NCBI RefSeq assembly: GCF_000022265.1
Contig: NC_011979.1
Location: forward strand, 630,001-662,000
Direction: 5' to 3'
Length of the DNA stretch: 32,000 nucleotides
DNA from: Geotalea daltonii FRC-32
GTDB lineage: Bacteria > Desulfobacterota > Desulfuromonadia > Geobacterales > Geobacteraceae
In this document: in pieces, positions 9,691-18,968 of the stretch
How positions within the stretch are numbered: position 1 is the stretch's first letter
How the letters are laid out: the number at the start of each line of letters is the position of its first letter
Notes under the pieces: generated by a model
Told to the model about the DNA's origin: nothing
Seen by the model: the letters and a program-made list of their open reading frames with translations, nothing else
Databases searched by the model: none
Position numbers and translations under genes: made by a program

Positions 9691-10453
9691 AAAAGTATTC
9701 GCCCATGTACCATACCCGCACCTTGGCCGCAACCTGGACTACCTCATTGCCAACCGGATCAATCCGGAGATTTTCTTTTCCGCCGACAGCCTCGATGAAG
9801 TGATCCCGGAAAGAATGCAGGCCGAGGCCGCTGCCCTTGCCGGCAACGGATTGGTCTGCACCATCCACGCTCCCTTTATGGACCTGAACCCTGGTTCGGT
9901 GGTGCGGCAGATCCGTGAGGTGACCAGGTGCAGCTTTAATGATGTGCTTGATTCAGCAGAGATATTCAAGCCGCAGATCATGGTATTTCATCCCGGATAT
10001 GACCGTTGGCGCTACGGAGAAAAGAAGGAGGAGTGGCTCAGGCACAGCATCGACACCTGGCAGGGAGTGCTGGAACGTGCCGAAGGGATCGGCTGTACCA
10101 TCGCCGTGGAAAACATCTTCGAGGAGGAGCCTTCCACGCTTGTGGCGCTGCTGGAGGCAATAAACTCCCCGCGCTTGCGCCACTGCTTCGATGTGGGGCA
10201 CTGGAATCTGTTCAAGACGGTTGGGATGGAAGAATGGTTCGCCGCCCTTGGCTCTTATATCGCCGAAACCCACATCCACGACAACCATGGATTCAGGGAC
10301 GATCATGCGCCTCTGGGCGAAGGGGGAATCGATTTCAAGCTCTTTTTCAGCCTGATGGAACGGTACGCGCCGGAGGCCGCGCTGACCATCGAGGCCCATA
10401 GCCTGGAGAAGCTGGAGAGGGCACTGACGAACCTGCAACAGTTCCTGCCCTGA
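9683..10453 (+). CDS. Sugar-phosphate isomerase/epimerase-like TIM-barrel protein (xylose isomerase-like / AP endonuclease 2 fold)
   Basis: 256 aa. Metal-ligand-like pattern (HAPF…; VENIFEE; HCFDVGHWN; THIHDN…H.PLGEG.IDF). Its start overlaps the channel gene stop (ATGAATAA), so the two are co-transcribed. Confidence 0.65.
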   Translation: MNKKVFAHVPYPHLGRNLDYLIANRINPEIFFSADSLDEVIPERMQAEAAALAGNGLVCTIHAPFMDLNPGSVVRQIREVTRCSFNDVLDSAEIFKPQIMVFHPGYDRWRYGEKKEEWLRHSIDTWQGVLERAEGIGCTIAVENIFEEEPSTLVALLEAINSPRLRHCFDVGHWNLFKTVGMEEWFAALGSYIAETHIHDNHGFRDDHAPLGEGGIDFKLFFSLMERYAPEAALTIEAHSLEKLERALTNLQQFLP

Positions 10454-10460
10454 AAGGGAA

Positions 10461-10772
10461 TTACCTGCCCCTGTTTTTCATTTTCCTGCTGACGATAATC
10501 TGAGCGATAATGTCGGCAACGATCACTGCCGTGACGATTAGGAGCAGCAGCGGCTTTTGCCTGAAGTAGGCCAGACAGGAGAAAAAGCTATACAGCGCCA
10601 CCACCAGGGCCAGCATGGTTCGGATGGTCTTGGCTGCCGATTCCAAAGCTTCCTCGTCTGCCGCAGCTGTTCGCACAAGGATCGGCGCGGCATGGTAACC
10701 GATGGTGGCATCGATGATAGTGAGAAGTATATTGAAGGCGAAGATATGGGGGAGATAGGGATCAATGGCCAT
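10461..10772 (-). CDS. Small integral membrane protein, unknown function
   Basis: 103 aa with three hydrophobic segments and a basic tail (KMKNRGR). Weak RBS. Confidence 0.45.
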   Translation of the reverse strand: MAIDPYLPHIFAFNILLTIIDATIGYHAAPILVRTAAADEEALESAAKTIRTMLALVVALYSFFSCLAYFRQKPLLLLIVTAVIVADIIAQIIVSRKMKNRGR

Positions 10773-10826
10773 GCCGAGTATTAATAAAGGATGCCTTCGG
10801 CAACGTCAACGAAAAATCCCCTTTCG

Positions 10827-11426
10827 TCAGATAGCGCCCCTTTTATGGAGCAGTTTTGCCAGCCCTTCCGCCAGCTTGCGGTAACCGGCGGCGTTTGGGT
10901 GTATCGGATCCGATTTCAGCGATCTCTTGGTCAGGATGCGGGTCAGCGTCTTCTCGTCGCAGGGAATGCCCACTTCTTCGGCGATTTCGGCATAAAACGG
11001 GGGCGGGGCAAAGGAGAGGTCCAGCGCCGGAACGCTCACCAGCACCGCCGATGCCCCCTTTCCCTTTACTATTCGTACCATGGCCCGCAGGTTGGCGGCT
11101 ATTTCTCCATGGGATGCGTGGCGAAGCATGTCGTTGCCCCCTTCACAGATGATCACCATTGCGGGCTTCACCTGCTCTAAAAGACCCGGCAGCCTCTGCA
11201 CCCCCTCCGCCGTCACTTCCCCCGGCACACCCCCGTTGACCACCTTTCTCCCCGTCAATTGCTCCAGCATCGCCGGATAGCTCTCTCCGCTGGCCGCACC
11301 GGTGCCGTAGGTGATGCTGTCGCCGAAGGCAAGAATCACCCCATCGGCCGGCAGTTTGGGCAACGGCTCTGCCCCTGAACAACCGGCAATGAGGAAAATC
11401 ATCAGTATGCACGGCAAAAAGCGCAT
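10827..11426 (-). CDS. SGNH/GDSL hydrolase (TesA/arylesterase-like), probable lipoprotein
   Basis: Lipobox LIAGCSG. Block I is ILAFGDSITYGTG, block III is GGND, and there is a C-terminal DPIHPN (catalytic D-x-x-H). Confidence 0.8.
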   Translation of the reverse strand: MRFLPCILMIFLIAGCSGAEPLPKLPADGVILAFGDSITYGTGAASGESYPAMLEQLTGRKVVNGGVPGEVTAEGVQRLPGLLEQVKPAMVIICEGGNDMLRHASHGEIAANLRAMVRIVKGKGASAVLVSVPALDLSFAPPPFYAEIAEEVGIPCDEKTLTRILTKRSLKSDPIHPNAAGYRKLAEGLAKLLHKRGAI

Positions 11427-12434
11427 CTAGTTTTTTCCCGCAATACCGGCGATGATCCCTGACCCATTGGGAAGATCCACAGGCAGGCGTCTGATGTCTC
11501 GGGCACCGGCAGCTTTCAGCATTGTCACGATCTCGTTTTCCCCATAAGCCTGCCCGTGGGGAGTACCCAAGAGCATGTTCATGGAGAACAGGGCAGGGAA
11601 GATAGGTCCGTCCTTGGCGTCGTTAAGGATGAACTCCTGGATGAGGATCATACCGCCCGGCTCCAGTGCCGATATGGCCTTTTCCAGAAGGATTGCGCAG
11701 CCTTCAGGCCCTTCCCCATGGAGAATGTGCGACAACCAGGCCACATCGAAGGTTCCCTTGATCCCTTCCTTGATGAAATCTCCAGATTCGAAGGCGATGC
11801 GGTCGGAAAGACCGAACTGTGAAATGGTCCGTTCAGCGAAGGGGCGGGTGGAGGGAAGGTCGTAGATCACGGCGGTAAGCTCGGGGTTGTGGAGGCAGAA
11901 ATGGATGGCATAGGTTCCCGGACCACCCCCCATATCCAGGAGTCGCTTCCGCCCCGAAAGGTCGATGGCAGGAACAATCTTCGGCGCCAGTTGCATGGCC
12001 AGGTTGAACATCCCCATTTCGAAGCTTTCCCGCTCCTCTTCCCCCGCCTCGTGGGAAACCCGCTGCCTGACCGGTCCGCCACTCCTTACCGCCTGGTCCA
12101 GATGCGCCCAGCTTTCCATGAGGTGGTGATGGTGGAGGATAATGTGTCCCAGATATTGGGAAGAACTTTTGCTGAGGAACTCACGGGCAAAGGGTGTGGC
12201 GCGGTAGGAATCATGCTCCTTTTCCAGCAGCTCCAGGGCCACCAGAGAGTTGAGCAGCATGGCCAGTCCCCTTGCATCGCTGTTTATACGCCCAGCCAGC
12301 TCTTCGGCTGCCATTGACCCTTCCCCCAGTTGGGTGAAAACATCGAGCTTCACCGAGGCATGGAGGGCACAGGCGCTCCAGTAGCCACCGGAAAGTTGCA
12401 GCAGGTCGGCCGGATTCCAGATTTTGTTTTCCAT
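11427..12434 (-). CDS. Class I SAM-dependent O-methyltransferase (family 2, with N-terminal dimerisation/wHTH domain)
   Basis: 335 aa. SAM motif LLDMGGGPGTYAI plus the downstream acidic loop YDLP. The layout is plant/bacterial OMT-like. Confidence 0.75.
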   Translation of the reverse strand: MENKIWNPADLLQLSGGYWSACALHASVKLDVFTQLGEGSMAAEELAGRINSDARGLAMLLNSLVALELLEKEHDSYRATPFAREFLSKSSSQYLGHIILHHHHLMESWAHLDQAVRSGGPVRQRVSHEAGEEERESFEMGMFNLAMQLAPKIVPAIDLSGRKRLLDMGGGPGTYAIHFCLHNPELTAVIYDLPSTRPFAERTISQFGLSDRIAFESGDFIKEGIKGTFDVAWLSHILHGEGPEGCAILLEKAISALEPGGMILIQEFILNDAKDGPIFPALFSMNMLLGTPHGQAYGENEIVTMLKAAGARDIRRLPVDLPNGSGIIAGIAGKN

Positions 12435-12551
12435 GATTGCCTCCGTAAATAAAAGAATTAATTCTTTTCCCCTCCGGGAGAAGGTGGCCCAAGGCGGATG
12501 AGGGGAGGGGAGCAGCTAGTGCAGAATCTCCTTTCTCTCTGGCCCTCTCCC

Positions 12552-13109
12552 TCAGGGAGAGGGAACCGCCTGCAGAACTGGCGGCATAGATGCCATGTAA
12601 CGCAGTACCGCCTCCCGCAGGGACGGGAAGGCTATTTTCTCCGGATCGACCTCATCCCGGTCGACCCAGAGCAGCTCGGCCAGGTCGTCGGCTGCCTGCA
12701 TGGCTGGGAACTCATCCAGGCGCACCGTCAGGACAAGATCCAGCGTGCTGTAGGTGATCTGCCGGAACAGGTAGCTGTTCGGCAACGACATGAAGTAGCT
12801 TCCGCCGGGGATCCGGATGCCCGTTTCCTCCAGCACCTCCCGCACGGCGCACTCCTCGGCGGTCTCTTCAGGATCGACGAAGCCGCCGGGTAGGTCGAGC
12901 ATCCCCTTGCCCGGATCGTTCCTGCGGACGCCGAAGAGGATCTTGCCCCGGCACTCGATAATCACACCTACCGCCGCTGCCACATTGAGAAAAAGGGTAA
13001 AGCCACAGGCGTTGCAGCGGAAGTTCTTGGTGCTGTGCCAGGAGAGGCTGGTGGCAGCACAGCGGGGACAGTGGCGGATATGTTCAGCTTCGGCGGGGCG
13101 ATGGGGCAT
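12552..13109 (-). CDS. NUDIX hydrolase with N-terminal zinc ribbon
   Basis: CPRC…CNAC zinc ribbon, and a Nudix box GGFVDPEETAEECAVREVLEETG. Confidence 0.85.
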   Translation of the reverse strand: MPHRPAEAEHIRHCPRCAATSLSWHSTKNFRCNACGFTLFLNVAAAVGVIIECRGKILFGVRRNDPGKGMLDLPGGFVDPEETAEECAVREVLEETGIRIPGGSYFMSLPNSYLFRQITYSTLDLVLTVRLDEFPAMQAADDLAELLWVDRDEVDPEKIAFPSLREAVLRYMASMPPVLQAVPSP

Positions 13110-13112
13110 GGA

Positions 13113-13469
13113 TCAAGCCCTTATGAGGAAAGCTGCCAGGACCAGGGAAAGCAGCCCAAATCCAGCGGCAAGGAGAATGGCAATCTTCAGCCGTGCCTGC
13201 AGGGTTTTGACAGCTTCTTCCAGAACGTCGATGGTCCGGGCCTGCTCCTTGATCAGCTCCTGCTGCTTAACCAGGGCAGCTTCCAGCTCCCCGATCCGTC
13301 CCTGCAGCTGCTCAATTATGGGGACCGTCTCTTCTTCGCCAGGTTGCTGCGGCTGCCGCCGCTCCTTTATTTTCTTCAGTATCTCCGGCCCATACTGCAG
13401 CGCCATATTGGCCACCTGTCCCCAGGCCACTCCGCGCACGGCCGTTGTCAGAATCGATGCGATACCCAT
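13113..13469 (-). CDS. Hypothetical coiled-coil protein with C-terminal TM anchor
   Basis: 118 aa. Strong RBS (GGGAGGGAGG) upstream of the ATG at 13469. Heptad-like central region and a hydrophobic tail (IAILLAAGFGLLSLVLAAFLI). Confidence 0.55.
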   Translation of the reverse strand: MGIASILTTAVRGVAWGQVANMALQYGPEILKKIKERRQPQQPGEEETVPIIEQLQGRIGELEAALVKQQELIKEQARTIDVLEEAVKTLQARLKIAILLAAGFGLLSLVLAAFLIRA

Positions 13470-13583
13470 AGGATACCTCCCTCCCTGTTGCTCATGGTGA
13501 AACTGACTTCTAAAAGACTGGCAAAAGCAAAAACACAGTTTTTATGTATCACGATCCTGCCGGTATTTCCAGCATTGGCCAAT

Positions 13584-13613
13584 TAAAAAAGGCCGCCCCC
13601 TGCCGGGGCGACC
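13584..13613 (-). terminator. Rho-independent terminator of the ABC exporter operon
   Basis: The minus strand reads GGTCGCCCC-GGCA-GGGGCGGCC followed by TTTTTT, 16 nt after the ATPase stop codon. Confidence 0.75.
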
Positions 13614-13628
13614 TGATAATTTGAAATA

Positions 13629-14303
13629 TTATGGAGCTATCCGACCATCCTTTACCCTGATGATATGCTGGGCTCTGGCGGCAATGTCGCTGTTGTGGGT
13701 GACGATGATGATGGTCTTCCCCTGTCGGTGAAGCTTGAACAGTATCTCCAGCACCTCGGCCTCAGCTGCCGAGTCCAGATTGCCGGTCGGCTCGTCCATC
13801 AAAAGGATCTCCGGATTATTAGCCAGAGCCCGGGCGATGGCCACCCTCTGCTGCTGGCCGCCGGAGAGCTGATTCGGCCTGGCATCGGCCTTGTCTGCAA
13901 GACCGACCTGCGACAACATGTCAAGTGCACGGGGGGCCTGTTCTTTTTCCGGGACCCCGGAGAGCATCATGGCCGTTTCCACGTTTTCCCGGGCCGTCAG
14001 TCCCGGCAGCAGGTTGAAAAACTGGAAAACGAAGCCGATCTTCTCACCCCTCAGCCTGGCCAGGCTGCTGTTGTCGAGCCTGCTCAGCTCTCTGCCGGCC
14101 ACGGTGATAGTACCGCTGTTCGGGCGGTCCAGACCGCCGATCAGGTGCATGAGAGTACTTTTGCCGTGGCCGGAAGGGCCGATGATGCAGGTAAAGGAAC
14201 CTTTCTCGATGCTGAGATCGACCCCGCGCAAGGCATGGGTGGTGACGCTGCCGGTAACGTAGCTTTTTGTCGCTTTTTCAGCGGTAATAATCGTCTCATT
14301 CAT
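13629..14303 (-). CDS. ABC transporter ATP-binding protein (MacB/LolD/FtsE-like)
   Basis: Walker [10 protein letters not shown], signature [15 protein letters not shown], Walker B ILLMDEPT. Start moved to MNETII (ATG at 14303), overlapping the permease stop by 8 nt. Confidence 0.9.
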   Translation of the reverse strand: MNETIITAEKATKSYVTGSVTTHALRGVDLSIEKGSFTCIIGPSGHGKSTLMHLIGGLDRPNSGTITVAGRELSRLDNSSLARLRGEKIGFVFQFFNLLPGLTARENVETAMMLSGVPEKEQAPRALDMLSQVGLADKADARPNQLSGGQQQRVAIARALANNPEILLMDEPTGNLDSAAEAEVLEILFKLHRQGKTIIIVTHNSDIAARAQHIIRVKDGRIAP

Positions 14304-15459
14304 AGCTGATTGCCTCCACCGGTGTAAGCCTCGCTGCACGCCATGCCGGATACACTCCCGCGACAACGGCAACGGCCACGGAAAAGAGGATGGAAACTGC
14401 AATGACACCGGCGTCGATCATCGTGCCGGTACCAGACCCTTTGACCAGTGAGGTGAAAGCGTTCTGGCTGATGTAGGGGGTGGCGAGGATGGAAACCAGA
14501 AGGCCAACCCCCACCCCGACCACCCCACCCATCAGTCCATAGAACCCTGATTCAAGCATGAACATGGCAAAGATCTTTCCCCGTGTGGCCCCCAGCGCCT
14601 GCAGAATGCCTATCTCCCTCTTGCGTTCATAGGTTGCCGTGAGCATGGTATTGATGATGCCGAAGGCGGCGGCAAGAACGGAGACGGCGGCAATGAGCTG
14701 CAGGGTGATGTTGACCGTGCCGACGATAGAGAGCACCGATTTCAGCATTTGCTTGTCGGAAACCACCCCCAGACTGACAGACTCCTTGATCTTTTCCATA
14801 TAGGCATCGGTTTTTGCCAGGTCATCGACCCTGACCGCCACGTAGGAAACGCGCTCGATGGACTTGTAGAGCCGTTGTGCGGTGGCCATGGGCAGGAACA
14901 GGGTGAAGTCGTCCCTGCCGCCGGTCTCCTTCAGTACCCCTTTGACTGCCAGCTGCTCGCCCCTGATCCTGACCAGGGAACCCGGCTGCAGCTGGAATTG
15001 TTTTGCCGCTTCGGCGCCGACAACCGCTGTTGGCTCGTCCAATGAGGAGAAGTAGCTGCCTCTCGCCAATTGCCACCCTTTGAAAATCAGGGTTATGGAT
15101 GGTTCGATGCCGCTCACCGCCACTGGTTTATTGTTGATGGCCGTTTTCTGGGAGAGAAACGGTACAGCGGTCAGCCCCTTGATGGCGCTGATCTTTTTTA
15201 CCTCGTCGCCGGTTATATTTGTCGGCATCTCATCACCGACCAGAACCGAAAGTTGCTCATAGCCGCAGGAGCCTTTGGGAATGACGATGAGGTTGGCGCC
15301 AAGGGCTGCCGTTTCCCGGTAAATCTCGCTCTTCAGGCTGCCTCCCATGGAGAGAAAAGTGACGAAGGAAGAAATGCCGATGGTGATGCCGAGGAGGGTG
15401 AAGACAAACCTCCCCCGGCGTCGGGTGATATTTTTCACGACCAGTTTGGAGAGAGTCAT
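14296..15459 (-). CDS. ABC transporter permease, FtsX/MacB family
   Basis: 387 aa. One N-terminal TM, a large periplasmic domain, then three C-terminal TMs containing the FtsX-type motif (REIGILQALGATRGKIF). Confidence 0.85.
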   Translation of the reverse strand: MTLSKLVVKNITRRRGRFVFTLLGITIGISSFVTFLSMGGSLKSEIYRETAALGANLIVIPKGSCGYEQLSVLVGDEMPTNITGDEVKKISAIKGLTAVPFLSQKTAINNKPVAVSGIEPSITLIFKGWQLARGSYFSSLDEPTAVVGAEAAKQFQLQPGSLVRIRGEQLAVKGVLKETGGRDDFTLFLPMATAQRLYKSIERVSYVAVRVDDLAKTDAYMEKIKESVSLGVVSDKQMLKSVLSIVGTVNITLQLIAAVSVLAAAFGIINTMLTATYERKREIGILQALGATRGKIFAMFMLESGFYGLMGGVVGVGVGLLVSILATPYISQNAFTSLVKGSGTGTMIDAGVIAVSILFSVAVAVVAGVYPAWRAARLTPVEAISYE

Positions 15460-15846
15460 TTACCCTCCGATCTTGTGGTTGCGCACCACCTTGAGCTTTT
15501 CGGCGGCAAAGAGGTAACCCCCGGCCATGTTGACGAACTTGCCTGTTGCCCGGATCTCGTCTCCCATTACTGGTGGTTTTCCTTGGTACTTGATGGGGAC
15601 AAAGACCTTGTTGCAATTTGCGGTTTTGCACTGCAATTCCTTGATGTCCATGATGCCGAAGATGGTCGGGTCCTGCGGCGAGGTTCCCCCCATGACACCG
15701 GTGACGGTGATGGTGCCGGCGTAGGCGCCCGGGTCGGAGCTGATCTCGTTGACGTTGAGCGCTTTTCCTCCGCCTGCAGCCAGCAGGACATAGGAAAGGG
15801 CTGCACCGAAGACAACTGCAGCTGCAATGATCATATATTTTTTCAT
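15460..15846 (-). CDS. Exported protein of unknown function, first gene of the ABC exporter operon
   Basis: 128 aa with a signal-peptide-like N-terminus (MKKYMIIAAAVVFGAALSYVLLAAG). Its stop abuts the permease start. Confidence 0.6.
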   Translation of the reverse strand: MKKYMIIAAAVVFGAALSYVLLAAGGGKALNVNEISSDPGAYAGTITVTGVMGGTSPQDPTIFGIMDIKELQCKTANCNKVFVPIKYQGKPPVMGDEIRATGKFVNMAGGYLFAAEKLKVVRNHKIGG

Positions 15847-15955
15847 TTCCGGATCTCCATTGATTGATGGGCAAGGGTGCGGGCACAGCTATTCCGGCTT
15901 TTCCAGACGCTGTATCCGGCTTTATGGCGTTTGATCAAATACTTGGCGAAAGGAA

Positions 15956-16321
15956 TCAGTATTCGGGGGGATAATCTATGGAACGGCCGAATCCCGGCAG
16001 GTGCATCCGCTGGGCTGGCGTTAGATGGGAGAAGGGAAAAAGTGGCTGAGAAAGGTGTGACGGAGCGTGGTGGGGAAGAGCCGCAGCCATGCATGACGGA
16101 CATGGGCAGTCAGGCACGGAGCAAGGAACTGTTTCCGCCGGATCAGTGCCCTTTTCATGGTCGCAGCAGGCATTGCCGGCTGTACTGCCGGCGAAGACCG
16201 CAGCAGTTGCGGCAATGCCACTGAAACTGATGATGGCAACGAGAAGGAGAATAGAGGAGACTATGCGGAGAAAAAAGGCATGCACGCGTTCACTGTAAAG
16301 GAGCTGCCCGGAAAATGTCAA
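15956..16321 (-). CDS. Possible small membrane-anchored Cys/His/Pro-rich protein (hypothetical)
   Basis: ORF only. Hydrophobic segment ILLLVAIISFSGIAATAAVFA followed by CCDHEKG…CSVPDCPCPSC…HHAPSH. No RBS checked and no recognisable family. Confidence 0.3.
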   Translation of the reverse strand: MTFSGQLLYSERVHAFFLRIVSSILLLVAIISFSGIAATAAVFAGSTAGNACCDHEKGTDPAETVPCSVPDCPCPSCMAAALPHHAPSHLSQPLFPFSHLTPAQRMHLPGFGRSIDYPPEY

Positions 16322-16517
16322 GGCTAAGGTTGGACCAGTCGGTGCTGGTCAATCCTCTTGTTGGGGGACGCTGCTTGTTATTTTTCTATTGCGTCCACAA
16401 TTTGCATATTCCGTAAGTAGTCTGCGCATGAAGGACGAGAGCGTCGTGGAGGTTGGCATTAATAATAGGTGGAAATGATTGGATAAAAGCGCCCATGCAT
16501 CGACGTGGCTCTTCTAT

Positions 16518-18923
16518 TCACCCTTTGCCGAAGGCCACCTTGTACACATCCTTGTATTCCCGGGCGAAGTGCACCTCCAGCCCTTCCTTCAGGTAGTCGG
16601 CCAGCTCGTTGAAATCCTTGCGGTTGACCTCGGGGAAGATGAGTGTTTTCAGTCCGGCGCGGCGGGCGGCGATGGTCTTTTCCCTGACGCCGCCGATGGG
16701 CAGCACCCGGCCGGTGAGGGTGAATTCGCCGGTCATACCCAGTTTTTTACGCACCGGCTTGCCGGTTATCATGGAGATGAGGGCCGTGGCCATGGTGATG
16801 CCTGCTGAAGGGCCGTCCTTGGGGGTGGCGCCGGCCGGCACGTGCAGATGGATGAAGTGGGTGTCGAAAAAGTCCTCTTGTACGCCGTAGTCCTTGAGAT
16901 GGGCCATGACGTAGGAATAGGCGATTTCCGAGCTTTCCACCATGACGTTGCCCAACTGCCCGGTCTGGCGGAAACCCTTGCCCTTGCTGGGCATGGCGGT
17001 GGCCTCGATGGGGAGGGTAGCGCCCCCCATGCTGGTCCAGGCAAGGCCGGTGACCACGCCCGGCACTGCCTCGAAGAGCTCTTCGGTGGTGAAGATGGGC
17101 TGCCCCAGGAACTCGGTCAGCTCCTTCTTGCCGACGGTGATGGCTTCGCTGCGGCCGGAGGCGAACTCCATGGCCGCCTTGCGCATGATCTTCTTGATGC
17201 GATTTTCCAGGGTCCGCACCCCTGCCTCCCTGGCCCAGCCATCGATGAGTGCCGCCAGGGCATCTTTGCGGATCGTTACCTGGCCCGGCTTCAGGCCGTG
17301 GGCCTTGAGCGCCTTGGGGATCAGGTAGCGGCGGGCGATCTCCAGCTTTTCCTCCATGATATAGCCGGAAAGGCGGATCACCTCCATCCTGTCCAGGAGC
17401 GCCGCCGGAATGGTGTCCAGCTGGTTGGCGGTGGCTATGAAGAGGACGTTGGACAGGTCGAAGGGGACGTCCAGATAATGGTCGCGGAAGGAGGCGTTCT
17501 GCTCGGGATCGAGCACTTCCAGAAGGGCCGAGGCCGGGTCCCCCTGGAAGGAGGCACCCACCTTGTCGATCTCATCCAGCATCAGTAACGGATTGGAGGT
17601 GGCGGCGCTTTTCATGGCCTGGATGAACTTGCCGGGCATGGCGCCGATGTAAGTGCGGCGGTGCCCCTTGATCTCGGCCTCGTCGCGCATACCCCCCAGG
17701 GAGAAGCGGTAAAAGGTTCGCCCCAGGGCATCGGCGATGCTTTTCCCCACCGAGGTCTTGCCCACACCAGGGGGACCCACCAGGCAGATGATGGAGCCGG
17801 AGATATCTCCCTTCATTTTGCCCACGGCAATGAATTCGAGAATTCTTTCTTTCACGTCCTGCAGGCCGTAATGGTCCCGGTCGAGGATGCGTCGGGCCTT
17901 GTCCAGGTTGTAGGAGTCCTTGCTGAACCTCCCCCAGGGGAGAATGGTCAGCCAGTCCAGATAGTTGCGGGTCACATGGTACTCGGCTGAGGATGGCTCC
18001 AGGAGGCGCAGCTTTTCGATCTCTTCATTCACCGCCCGTTCCGCTTCCGGGTTCAGCTTCAGCTCCTTGAGCCTTGCCTCGAACTTCTCGATTTCGCTGG
18101 TTTTACCTTCCTTTTCCAGCCCCAGTTCCTTCTTGATTGCCTTCAACTGCTCGCGCAGGAAAAACTCCCGCTGCTGGCTGCTGATCTTTTCTTCGATCTG
18201 CTTGGAGATCTTGCTCTGCAGCCGTGAAACCTCCAGCTCTTTCTTCAAAAGGATCAAGATCTGGTCGATTCGTTTGCGGACATCGAAACTTTCCAGCACC
18301 TGCTGCAGTTCCTGTCCATCGGCGGAAGTGAGGTTGGCGGCAAAATCGGCCAGTCGCCCCGGATCGTCAAGGCTGGAGCGGCCGAGGAAGAGCTTGATCT
18401 CTTCCGAATAGAGCGGGTTGATCTGGATCAATTCCTTGAGGGTGGTGAGCACGGCCATGGAGTAGGCTTTTAACTCGGCATTGACTGACAGCTCGGTACC
18501 GTAGCTGTAACGGACCGTGGCAAAGAAAACGTCGGGAGGCTCCGAAAGCTCTTCGATGGTGAAGCGTTCAAGGGTATTGATGAGAAAGTGGGAGCTTTCT
18601 TCATCGCTGTGCATAATCTTGACGATCTTGCCTGCCACCCCGATCCGGTGAAGATTGGCGGCACTGTCGGGCTTGTCCAAATCCTTCACCATGACCAGGC
18701 CGATGGTGCGGGAGGGGCTGTCCATGGCCCTTTTTATCGCCGCCAGTTGGTGGGGTTCGTTGACGACCATGGGAATCAGCAAGCCGGGAAAGGCTGGGCG
18801 GGGGCGCAGAGGGACTATGGGCAGTCCGGCGGGAAGGACTTCACTGGCCAGGATCAGGCCGCTCGATCCCTCTTCCGCCGGAGTATTCATTTGGTCTGGT
18901 ATCTCAGGTGATTGGGTCATCAT
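16518..18923 (-). CDS. lon: ATP-dependent Lon protease
   Basis: 801 aa. LON N-domain, AAA+ Walker A GPPGVGKTS, Walker B LLMLDEIDK, and a protease domain with catalytic Ser context PKDGPSAGITMATAL. Confidence 0.95.
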   Translation of the reverse strand: MMTQSPEIPDQMNTPAEEGSSGLILASEVLPAGLPIVPLRPRPAFPGLLIPMVVNEPHQLAAIKRAMDSPSRTIGLVMVKDLDKPDSAANLHRIGVAGKIVKIMHSDEESSHFLINTLERFTIEELSEPPDVFFATVRYSYGTELSVNAELKAYSMAVLTTLKELIQINPLYSEEIKLFLGRSSLDDPGRLADFAANLTSADGQELQQVLESFDVRKRIDQILILLKKELEVSRLQSKISKQIEEKISSQQREFFLREQLKAIKKELGLEKEGKTSEIEKFEARLKELKLNPEAERAVNEEIEKLRLLEPSSAEYHVTRNYLDWLTILPWGRFSKDSYNLDKARRILDRDHYGLQDVKERILEFIAVGKMKGDISGSIICLVGPPGVGKTSVGKSIADALGRTFYRFSLGGMRDEAEIKGHRRTYIGAMPGKFIQAMKSAATSNPLLMLDEIDKVGASFQGDPASALLEVLDPEQNASFRDHYLDVPFDLSNVLFIATANQLDTIPAALLDRMEVIRLSGYIMEEKLEIARRYLIPKALKAHGLKPGQVTIRKDALAALIDGWAREAGVRTLENRIKKIMRKAAMEFASGRSEAITVGKKELTEFLGQPIFTTEELFEAVPGVVTGLAWTSMGGATLPIEATAMPSKGKGFRQTGQLGNVMVESSEIAYSYVMAHLKDYGVQEDFFDTHFIHLHVPAGATPKDGPSAGITMATALISMITGKPVRKKLGMTGEFTLTGRVLPIGGVREKTIAARRAGLKTLIFPEVNRKDFNELADYLKEGLEVHFAREYKDVYKVAFGKG

Positions 18924-18968
18924 CGGGCTCCTTTCGTCCAGACAAGCTAATCATCACTGTGGCCGAAG

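Noticed and set aside
12541-12570. Hairpin CTCTCCC-TCA-GGGAGAG overlapping the NUDIX stop codon, as a possible terminator.
   Set aside because: On the minus strand it is followed by GCCAGAGAGAAAGG with no U-tract, and the loop is the stop codon itself. It is not convincing as an intrinsic terminator.
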